The position numbers and the translations under genes were made by a program. 64,000 bases of DNA from Escherichia phage HEMP5. Below the pieces are notes generated by a model, which did not search any database, was not told the DNA's origin, and was given only the letters and a program-made list of their open reading frames with translations. Location: the sequence record OR424388.1; one strand, given 5' to 3'. Below, piece after piece: positions 56,957 to 64,000 of this stretch; the first letter of the stretch is position 1, and the number at the start of each line of letters is the position of its first letter.

Positions 56957-57961
56957 TTAACTTACCAATTCAATCCAAGCCGGACGAAGTACATCTTGTA
57001 CCATTTTAACTAATTCCTTTTTAACCAAAGAAGGATTATCTGCTTGAGTTAGAGTAATACCTTCACGAGAAGTTTCTTCCAAAATATCTTGAACAGTTAG
57101 TCCCATCACCTTTCCAAAATCCTTCGGACCAATTTCACCAATTTTAGAAATAACGTTATTTACTCGGTTCAGTGTAACGTAACAAGCTAAAATTCCCACC
57201 AATTTGTTATCAGCTTCTGATAGTTCAACTTTAGCTTTAATAGGCTTATCAGACTTTTTCTTTTCACTAAATTTGGAATTCTTGCATTTGATGGCTACAC
57301 GATTTCCATTATGAAGCCAAGAAGGATAACAAGGTTTCAATACATATCCTTCAGCGGTAAATACTTCGCCTTTGGCTTCAGCTTTCCAAACACATTTGTT
57401 AGCGTCAACTAATCCTGCATGGTCTACTGTAAAATTATAATCTTGGACGACAGAATCTAAATCATTTGGCAATTTAATAAGCTCTTCAAATTTACCGCGA
57501 CCTAAAAGTGGAGCCATTTTAAATTTAAATGTATTACAGAATGATTCCATCATATAATCGTCGACATAAGTCACATCACCACTTTCTGTAGTGACAATAA
57601 TGTCAAATACATAAAAATCTTTATCACCATAATCAACATTCTTCTGAATGCCAGGTCCAGCGAATTCGCCAAAGACTTGATAAGATACAACCGCTGAGGT
57701 TTCCATAATATCTTGTACTGCTTTAATAGAATCTTCGTAATTCTTTAGAATAATTTCATACCCAAAGAAATCTTCAGCAGGAAGAATTGGTCCAGTACGT
57801 TTAGCGCAAGTTACTTTATCACGCTCAATAATCAATGAGAAATTTGTGCCGTGAATCTTTTCACGAGCTACCCACTCCCCACCAGTCAATCCCAAGCTAT
57901 AAAGTTTTTCAATAAATTTAGAGTTGTAATGATTTTCAAGACTGCTATACTTTTTAAACAT
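56957..57961 (-). CDS. rnlB: RNA ligase 2 (Rnl2), 334 aa
   Basis: nucleotidyltransferase motif I KIHGTN; size identical to T4 Rnl2. Confidence 0.93.
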   Translation of the reverse strand: MFKKYSSLENHYNSKFIEKLYSLGLTGGEWVAREKIHGTNFSLIIERDKVTCAKRTGPILPAEDFFGYEIILKNYEDSIKAVQDIMETSAVVSYQVFGEFAGPGIQKNVDYGDKDFYVFDIIVTTESGDVTYVDDYMMESFCNTFKFKMAPLLGRGKFEELIKLPNDLDSVVQDYNFTVDHAGLVDANKCVWKAEAKGEVFTAEGYVLKPCYPSWLHNGNRVAIKCKNSKFSEKKKSDKPIKAKVELSEADNKLVGILACYVTLNRVNNVISKIGEIGPKDFGKVMGLTVQDILEETSREGITLTQADNPSLVKKELVKMVQDVLRPAWIELVS

Positions 57962-57970
57962 AATTAATCC

Positions 57971-58249
57971 TCAAAATGTAATTTCTAACCAATCACCATC
58001 ACGCTGATCACTATTGACTTTAAAGCTGAATCCTTCTTTTCTCAGCCAATCACCAATTTCTTCAGTAATCAATTTATCACGAGCAATACAATAATAACTA
58101 AAATGCGTTTTACCTTGTTCAGCTGCTTTATTAGCAAGTTCCGAAAAATCTTTAATAAAACATTCTAGTTTAAACTGTTTACTTTTAAGTGCTTTTTCTC
58201 GCAATTGATTAGCAAAAGATTCATTTTCATAAAGATCATACTGTTCCAT
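57971..58249 (-). CDS. small hypothetical protein (92 aa), position of T4 24.2
   Basis: ORF track. Confidence 0.6.
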   Translation of the reverse strand: MEQYDLYENESFANQLREKALKSKQFKLECFIKDFSELANKAAEQGKTHFSYYCIARDKLITEEIGDWLRKEGFSFKVNSDQRDGDWLEITF

Positions 58250-58451
58250 TTTTCACCTTTTTATTGATATGTCTTTTTCTATAGACGACTTTTTCTCGAG
58301 TTTCAAATTTATTCTTAGCAGTCATAGCTCGAGCCCATAATACAGCCACTTCTTTTGCCTGTAAGTTTAATTCACGAGCAATTTCAATGAATGACTTTCC
58401 AGACTCATGAAGCGTAAACACCACAACCTCAGTTCTCATAATTAATCTCAT
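58236..58451 (-). CDS. small basic protein (71 aa), position of T4 24.3
   Basis: ORF track. Confidence 0.55.
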   Translation of the reverse strand: MRLIMRTEVVVFTLHESGKSFIEIARELNLQAKEVAVLWARAMTAKNKFETREKVVYRKRHINKKVKNGTV

Positions 58452-58519
58452 GTTATCGAGTTGGTGCCATTATATACATCATTTTCTGATTGTGTTTTGC
58501 GTGCTTTCAAAATGAAGAA

Positions 58520-58535
58520 AGGGGCCGAAGCCCCT
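58520..58535 (-). terminator. terminator hairpin AGGGGCCGAAGCCCCT after hoc
   Basis: perfect inverted repeat followed by T-rich tract on minus strand; identical copy at 17800..17815. Confidence 0.6.
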
Positions 58536-58540
58536 TATGA

Positions 58541-59956
58541 TTATGGATAGGTATAGATGATACCAGTTTCTAAAGCAGTTTTATGAATGATGTATCCATT
58601 ACGCGATTCTTGGACATCAACTTCTGGATAGTCTTTAATCATCTTCTGAAGAGTGTAACGATGCAGGTAGTATTTACTATCTGGGTCGTCAGTTTTCCAA
58701 TCTTTACCTTCTTCGGTCATTTTTTGGATTTCATCCATAACCCACCAACCGCACCAGATATAAGCTGAAGTACGATGTGGAAGAGGATGAACATAAGGTA
58801 GTTCACCTTCTGGTTCAATTGGAGTCCGTTCAGCAATAACAACTTCAGCTGTTGAACTAATTGTCTTTGAAGTGTAATTATCTTTAGTTAATACTGCTTC
58901 AACTTTAATTGTATGAGTACCCGCTGAGGAGGTATCAATACTATAAGTATTAGTAGAATTACTTTCTGCTACGTTGTCTTTCTTCCAAGAGTACACAATA
59001 TTAGTATCACCAGGAGCACCAGTAACAGATGCTGTTAAAGTTGCAGTTCCACCAACAGTAGTATTAACTGATGGCGGAGATAAAGAAATGGTGGCACTAT
59101 TAAATGTCGCATTATTAGTTACTACTGTTGCTTCTGCTGAAATTTCTTTTGTAACATAATTTGTTGCAGAAACAGATGCGGTGCATTTAAGAGTTTTACT
59201 TCCGACTTCGGTCGGAGTGAATTTATACGTAGCAGAAGTTGCATCCGGAATATTACTGTCATCCATTGACCATTGGAATGTTATAGTAGCACCTGAAGGT
59301 GCACTAGAGACATTTGCAGTTAAAGTAATAGGAACACCAAAGACTGTAGTCGGAGACTCGGGTGTAATTTTTAGCGTCGAAGAATTAGCCTTTTTATTTA
59401 CAGTCAAAGAAACCGCTGATGATTCTACTGTTTTATCAACGTAATCAGTTGCAGTCACTGTGACAGAGCAAGTTATAGACTTAGTTCCTTCAGTTGTTGG
59501 TGTATATTCAAAGGTTGATTGCTTTTGACCGTCAACATCGACCCCGTCAACTTTCCATGTATAATCAATAGCAGCACCAATAGGTTGATTGCTTACATTA
59601 GCAGTGAATGTTGTTGCTGTTCCAATTTCTACTGCCGCAGGAGAAGCCGGAGTAACAGTGATAGTGGAATTATTTTCTTTCTTATTAACAGTGATAGTTG
59701 TTGATGCTTCAGCTATTTCCGGATCTCCTGCGGAAAGTGTATTAGTTGCAACCACTTTAATTTTTTTTGTTCCTGCTGGAGAAGCAAGAGTATAATCCAT
59801 TGTAGCAGCCGTAGAGCCCTGTGTTATATCATCTACAGTCCAGACGTATGTAATAGTACCGTCTGGGGTTTCACCTGCAGGTGTAGCAGTGAATGTTTGT
59901 GAACCTCCAATAACCCCTGTAGGAGTTAGAGGAGATAACGTGACAGTGAATGCCAT
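58541..59956 (-). CDS. hoc: Hoc (highly immunogenic outer capsid protein), 471 aa with apparently four Ig-like repeats
   Basis: Thr/Ser-rich ~90-aa tandem repeats (…TITVNKK.NSSTL…TPT.EG.K…) and C-terminal capsid-binding domain; position between 24.3 and inh. Confidence 0.9.
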   Translation of the reverse strand: MAFTVTLSPLTPTGVIGGSQTFTATPAGETPDGTITYVWTVDDITQGSTAATMDYTLASPAGTKKIKVVATNTLSAGDPEIAEASTTITVNKKENNSTITVTPASPAAVEIGTATTFTANVSNQPIGAAIDYTWKVDGVDVDGQKQSTFEYTPTTEGTKSITCSVTVTATDYVDKTVESSAVSLTVNKKANSSTLKITPESPTTVFGVPITLTANVSSAPSGATITFQWSMDDSNIPDATSATYKFTPTEVGSKTLKCTASVSATNYVTKEISAEATVVTNNATFNSATISLSPPSVNTTVGGTATLTASVTGAPGDTNIVYSWKKDNVAESNSTNTYSIDTSSAGTHTIKVEAVLTKDNYTSKTISSTAEVVIAERTPIEPEGELPYVHPLPHRTSAYIWCGWWVMDEIQKMTEEGKDWKTDDPDSKYYLHRYTLQKMIKDYPEVDVQESRNGYIIHKTALETGIIYTYP

Positions 59957-59965
59957 AAGTTATCC

Positions 59966-60646
59966 TTATTTTAATGTTATGAAAGAAGAATTACGAGTTT
60001 CGCGAATTAGAACTGATCCATCGCGATTAATATAATAAATTAAGCTAAATAATGTTTGGTGTGCTGACGCATGTTCAAAACTAGTTGGGTGAGATTTCCA
60101 ATCCGGAGTTTCAGCAATCCATTGATAAATCCACCAAGGAACAGTGCAGAATCCTGGATTTTTTCCAATCAGTTGAAGATTCGGACTAAAGTTTTCCGGA
60201 AGAGTAAATACAGACGGCTTTTCAGATTCAATAATCTCAGCTACAGCTTGTTCAAACTTTTCTTCAACAAACGGAGTGTCTTCAATCAAAACTGAGGTAT
60301 TTTCAGGAATTTTATCCGTTTCTACTACTTCAATTTTAATGTCAGATTTAACCGGAGAATCAATCAAAAGTGCTGCTTCTGGATTGACTTCTTCATCGTC
60401 ATATTTTAATCCCTCTGCGGCATCAGCAGCATCAATTAAGTCTTTAATAGATAACCCATCAGTCTCCGGCATAGGTTCACTAGCGAGCTTCTGGAGGGCT
60501 TCTTCAATATCAACAACGATATTATCAAAAGATTTATTCTTTTTGACCTTTATACCAAACTGTTCAGCATATTCAGCTAATTTAGCTTTAGCTTCTTTGT
60601 TATCATCAAGAGCCTTCAGCTCTGCAATATAATCTTTATCTATCAT
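59966..60646 (-). CDS. inh: Inh, inhibitor of prohead protease gp21 (226 aa)
   Basis: size and position between hoc and uvsW. Confidence 0.8.
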   Translation of the reverse strand: MIDKDYIAELKALDDNKEAKAKLAEYAEQFGIKVKKNKSFDNIVVDIEEALQKLASEPMPETDGLSIKDLIDAADAAEGLKYDDEEVNPEAALLIDSPVKSDIKIEVVETDKIPENTSVLIEDTPFVEEKFEQAVAEIIESEKPSVFTLPENFSPNLQLIGKNPGFCTVPWWIYQWIAETPDWKSHPTSFEHASAHQTLFSLIYYINRDGSVLIRETRNSSFITLK

Positions 60647-60659
60647 AATATTTCCTCAG

Positions 60660-60667
60660 TATAAATA
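60660..60667 (+). promoter_or_regulatory. T4 late promoter TATAAATA for uvsW
   Basis: exact motif 30 nt upstream of ATG 60697. Confidence 0.55.
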
Positions 60668-60696
60668 TAGATATATTTATTACATGGTATTTAGAC

Positions 60697-62208
60697 ATGA
60701 CTGACATTAAAGTACATTTTTATGATTTTAGTCACGTGAGAATTGATTGTGAAGAAAGTACATTTCATGAACTCCGTGATTTCTTTAGCTTTGAAGCTGA
60801 TGGGTATCGTTTTAATCCGAAATACAAATATGGCCACTGGGATGGACGAATCCGTCTTTTAGATTATAATCGTCTTCTTCCATTCGGCTTAGTCGGGCAA
60901 ATTAAAAAGTTCTGTGATAACTTTGGCTATAAAGCCTGGATTGACCCACAAATTAACGAAAAAGAAGAATTATCAAGAAAAGATTTTGATGAATGGCTTT
61001 CTAAATTAGAAATCTATTCAGGAAATAAAAGAATTGAACCGCACTGGTATCAAAAAGATGCAGTGTTCGAAGGATTAGTTAATCGTCGTAGAATTCTTAA
61101 TCTTCCAACATCCGCTGGTAAATCGTTAATTCAAGCTTTGCTTGCGCGATATTATTTGGAAAATTATGAAGGTAAAATTCTTATCATTGTTCCAACAACT
61201 GCTCTAACAACTCAGATGGCTGATGACTTCGTTGACTATCGTTTATTCAGTCATGCAATGATAAAGAAAATTGGTGGCGGAGCATCAAAAGATGATAAAT
61301 ATAAAAATGATGCACCAGTCGTTGTTGGTACATGGCAAACTGTAGTAAAACAACCGAAAGAATGGTTCTCACAGTTTGGAATGATGATGAATGATGAATG
61401 CCATCTTGCTACAGGAAAAAGTATTTCATCCATCATATCAGGTTTAAATAACTGCATGTTCAAATTCGGTTTGTCTGGTTCATTACGTGATGGCAAAGCT
61501 AATATCATGCAGTATGTTGGAATGTTCGGTGAAATATTTAAGCCAGTAACGACCTCTAAATTAATGGAAGATGGACAAGTAACTGAGTTAAAAATTAATA
61601 GTATTTTTCTTCGCTATCCCGATGAGTTCACTACTAAATTAAAGGGAAAAACTTACCAAGAAGAAATAAAAATTATTACTGGGCTTAGTAAAAGAAATAA
61701 ATGGATCGCTAAATTAGCTATTAAGCTTGCACAAAAAGATGAAAACGCTTTTGTCATGTTTAAACACGTATCGCACGGTAAAGCTATTTTCGATTTAATT
61801 AAAAATGAATACGATAAAGTTTATTACGTATCAGGGGAAGTTGATACCGAAACCCGCAATATAATGAAAACCTTAGCTGAAAACGGTAAAGGAATAATTA
61901 TAGTAGCTAGTTATGGTGTATTTTCTACTGGTATTTCAGTTAAAAATCTGCATCACGTTGTTTTAGCACACGGTGTTAAATCTAAAATTATTGTATTGCA
62001 AACAATAGGTCGCGTATTACGTAAACATGGTTCTAAAACAATCGCAACAGTCTGGGACCTCATAGATGACTGTGGTGTCAAGCCAAAATCTGCTAATACT
62101 AAAAAGAAATATGTTCACTTGAACTATCTTTTAAAACACGGCATTGATCGTATTCAGCGCTACGCAGATGAAAAATTTAATTACGTAATGAAAACAGTTA
62201 ATTTATAA
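60697..62208 (+). CDS. uvsW: UvsW DNA helicase (SF2, 503 aa)
   Basis: helicase motifs LNLPTSAGKS (Walker A), MMNDECH (DExH); size as T4 UvsW. Confidence 0.95.
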   Translation: MTDIKVHFYDFSHVRIDCEESTFHELRDFFSFEADGYRFNPKYKYGHWDGRIRLLDYNRLLPFGLVGQIKKFCDNFGYKAWIDPQINEKEELSRKDFDEWLSKLEIYSGNKRIEPHWYQKDAVFEGLVNRRRILNLPTSAGKSLIQALLARYYLENYEGKILIIVPTTALTTQMADDFVDYRLFSHAMIKKIGGGASKDDKYKNDAPVVVGTWQTVVKQPKEWFSQFGMMMNDECHLATGKSISSIISGLNNCMFKFGLSGSLRDGKANIMQYVGMFGEIFKPVTTSKLMEDGQVTELKINSIFLRYPDEFTTKLKGKTYQEEIKIITGLSKRNKWIAKLAIKLAQKDENAFVMFKHVSHGKAIFDLIKNEYDKVYYVSGEVDTETRNIMKTLAENGKGIIIVASYGVFSTGISVKNLHHVVLAHGVKSKIIVLQTIGRVLRKHGSKTIATVWDLIDDCGVKPKSANTKKKYVHLNYLLKHGIDRIQRYADEKFNYVMKTVNL

Positions 62209-62220
62209 GGGCTTCGGCCC
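62209..62220 (+). terminator. hairpin GGGCTTCGGCCC after uvsW
   Basis: inverted repeat with TTCG loop directly after stop. Confidence 0.4.
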
Positions 62221-62221
62221 T

Positions 62222-62464
62222 TTGGAGAAAAAGATGTTACTAGAATTTAAACAATTTCTTTATGAAGCTTCTATTGATGAATTTATGGGTAAAATTGCCT
62301 CTTGTCAAACATTAGAAGGTTTAGAAGAACTTGAAGCTTATTATAAGAAAAGAGTTAAAGAAACTGAATTAAAAGATACTGATGACATCTCAGTCAGAGA
62401 TGCTTTGGCAGGAAAAAGAGCTGAATTAGAAGATTCAGACGATGAAGTAGAAGAAAGCTTTTAA
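62222..62464 (+). CDS. small acidic protein (80 aa), position of T4 uvsW.1
   Basis: ORF track. Confidence 0.65.
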   Translation: MEKKMLLEFKQFLYEASIDEFMGKIASCQTLEGLEELEAYYKKRVKETELKDTDDISVRDALAGKRAELEDSDDEVEESF

Positions 62465-62520
62465 ATTAAAAAAAGGCCCAACCAAAAAGGAAGGGCCAAA
62501 ACTATAGACTAAAGGTCACA

Positions 62521-62688
62521 CTATAGCAAAAGTTGCGTTTCATTTAATTGTTCTTCCGAACTTTCTGAAACTGGTAGTTCTTTAATGTAATTATAGCAAG
62601 GCCCAGGATGTACAGGACCTTTGTCTGTTTCAACAACCAATGCAGAATCGATTGGAGTTTTACAGACAACACAAATCTTATCTGACAT
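62521..62688 (-). CDS. small Cys-containing protein (55 aa; below ORF-track cutoff), position of T4 uvsY.-2
   Basis: manual translation MSDKICVVCKTPIDSALVVETDKGPVHPGPCYNYIKELPVSESSEEQLNETQLLL. Confidence 0.4.
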   Translation of the reverse strand: MSDKICVVCKTPIDSALVVETDKGPVHPGPCYNYIKELPVSESSEEQLNETQLLL

Positions 62689-62716
62689 GATTGTCTCCTC
62701 TGAATTATATATCTAT

Positions 62717-62941
62717 TTATACAACTCTCATATGCATATCAATGCCCATATCTTTAGAATAAAAATATTCATCAAGATATCCGGCAAATTTTCCTTTAAT
62801 ATAAAGAACATCTTCACCGCACGGGTGGTCGGCCAGGATACGAATATCCTGACGCTTAAGATTATGCTTTTTCATTAAGAATTGAATTTCCGTTTCAAAT
62901 TCTTCTTCATAATTAAAAGCATCATCAATGCTATATCTCAT
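62717..62941 (-). CDS. small protein (74 aa), position of T4 uvsY.-1
   Basis: ORF track; start overlaps uvsY stop. Confidence 0.6.
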   Translation of the reverse strand: MRYSIDDAFNYEEEFETEIQFLMKKHNLKRQDIRILADHPCGEDVLYIKGKFAGYLDEYFYSKDMGIDMHMRVV

Positions 62942-63354
62942 TATTTTCCAGCCTCAAATGCTCGCATGTCTTGAATATGCTTAATAGCAAATCCGCGTGA
63001 TTTGATAGCATCAAGAGCTCCGCTACAGAAATCTAATAAAATTCCCCAATATTGTAATGAAGTATCAACCTTTAAAACATCCTTATCAGCTGATAGAACT
63101 GTTTTCATTTCTGATTTCTCGTAACGATCCATACTAAATTCATCACCATCTCCTCGTCCCGAGTAGTAGTCTAATTTAGCTTTAAGAGCAACTTTTTTCT
63201 GTGCATCAATTCTAAGCATTTCCTTTTTAATACTTGAATGCTTATTAAGCCATTTACTATATAACATCACATTATTAGCTGCTTCATACTGTAATTTAGT
63301 CGAATCTATAAATACATCTTTCTTCAATTCTTCTTGAAGATCTTCTAATCTCAT
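62941..63354 (-). CDS. uvsY: UvsY recombination mediator protein (137 aa)
   Basis: MRLEDLQEELKKDVFIDSTKLQYEAANNVMLYSKWLNKH...; size identical to T4. Confidence 0.95.
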   Translation of the reverse strand: MRLEDLQEELKKDVFIDSTKLQYEAANNVMLYSKWLNKHSSIKKEMLRIDAQKKVALKAKLDYYSGRGDGDEFSMDRYEKSEMKTVLSADKDVLKVDTSLQYWGILLDFCSGALDAIKSRGFAIKHIQDMRAFEAGK

Positions 63355-63420
63355 ATTGTTCTCTATTCAATTGTTATTGGATGGACTTAGATTCATTATA
63401 CCACGTTTTAACGTGAAGCA

Positions 63421-63819
63421 TTATACTCTATTACTGGAAGCCAATTGCAGTTTTATCTGCTCAATATCATCAGGGTTATCGATGACCGAAAAGCGTATTT
63501 CTACTATCAGAGTATAATCATCATAAACTGGTATCACATTAACTGCTAATTTATCAATACGTGGCTCATAGTTTCTTACTGCGCTTTCGATATTGCGCTC
63601 AACTGTGTCAGCAGTAAGAGGAGTCATATTTTCAAAAAGCTGGTCTGATAAATCACATCCAAATTCAGGGTCAAACGGTCTTGAACCTTTTCTTGTTGTA
63701 ATAATTCCCAAAAGACTGTTTTTAATTGACCTTAATCCAAGCGATCTGGAAACATCTTTGTTCCAATCCATTTTCATTTCTGGGTCAATGTCAGAATAAA
63801 GCTTATTAATATTTGCCAT
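63421..63819 (-). CDS. 25: gp25 baseplate wedge / sheath initiator (132 aa)
   Basis: MANINKLYSDIDPEMKMDWNKDVSRSLGLRSIKNSLLGIITTRKGSRPFDPEFG...; size identical to T4. Confidence 0.95.
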   Translation of the reverse strand: MANINKLYSDIDPEMKMDWNKDVSRSLGLRSIKNSLLGIITTRKGSRPFDPEFGCDLSDQLFENMTPLTADTVERNIESAVRNYEPRIDKLAVNVIPVYDDYTLIVEIRFSVIDNPDDIEQIKLQLASSNRV

Positions 63820-64000
63820 TATAGTAACTCAAAGAACTCTTTGAGGCCTCTTATTACATGAGCATGGGTTTTTCCACACTCTGGACACTTAATTGGAACA
63901 GCCAAATAAACGGTAGGTTTTAAAAGCATATCTTTTATAGCTACAATATCTGACTCTGCGATGATAGAATATAAATCTTCCAGTTCTTTTTCATTTAAGT
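63819..64000 (-). CDS. 26: gp26 baseplate hub protein, C-terminal part only (5' end beyond window)
   Basis: open frame to window end; stop overlaps gp25 ATG (TAATG); CxxC pair CPECGK near C-terminus. Confidence 0.7.
   Translation of the reverse strand, partial: LNEKELEDLYSIIAESDIVAIKDMLLKPTVYLAVPIKCPECGKTHAHVIRGLKEFFELL

Noticed and set aside
58583-59795. Several 61-87-aa plus-strand ORFs within hoc
   Set aside because: Antisense to the Thr/Ser-rich Hoc repeats; repetitive codon composition creates open frames on the opposite strand.

Overview
This window is a segment of a T4-like (T-even, Tequatrovirus-type) coliphage genome. Identifications rest on reading the translated ORFs against remembered T4 protein sequences and gene order; no database search was possible. 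Coordinates 1-27000 carry minus-strand early/accessory genes: an nrdC-distal block of unknown genes, then rI, tk, a macro-domain protein, regB, a GrcA-like glycyl-radical protein, internal-protein (IP) genes, lysozyme e, nudE, a tRNA cluster, the hypervariable ipI locus, and 57B-57A-1-3-2-4. Coordinates 27030-56927 carry the plus-strand late structural module (53, 5, 5.4, 6-12, wac, 13-20, 67, 68, 21-24) with TATAAATA late promoters and hairpin terminators. This is followed by rnlB, hoc and inh (minus), uvsW (plus) and uvsY-25-26 (minus). The structural genes match T4 closely in size and order; the novelty is in the accessory regions. The best candidate for an undescribed system is a roughly 2.6 kb island at the tRNA/ipI locus (HNH endonuclease, three compact unknown ORFs, a small membrane protein, two promoter-equipped IP-type genes), apparently in place of tRNA-Gln. 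Other notable points are a denV (endonuclease V) gene reduced to about 31 N-terminal codons, a nuclease-like ORF whose 3' end runs into tRNA-Arg, a Pol-beta-type nucleotidyltransferase-fold protein next to an AAA+ ATPase, and a Hoc that appears to carry four rather than three Ig-like repeats.
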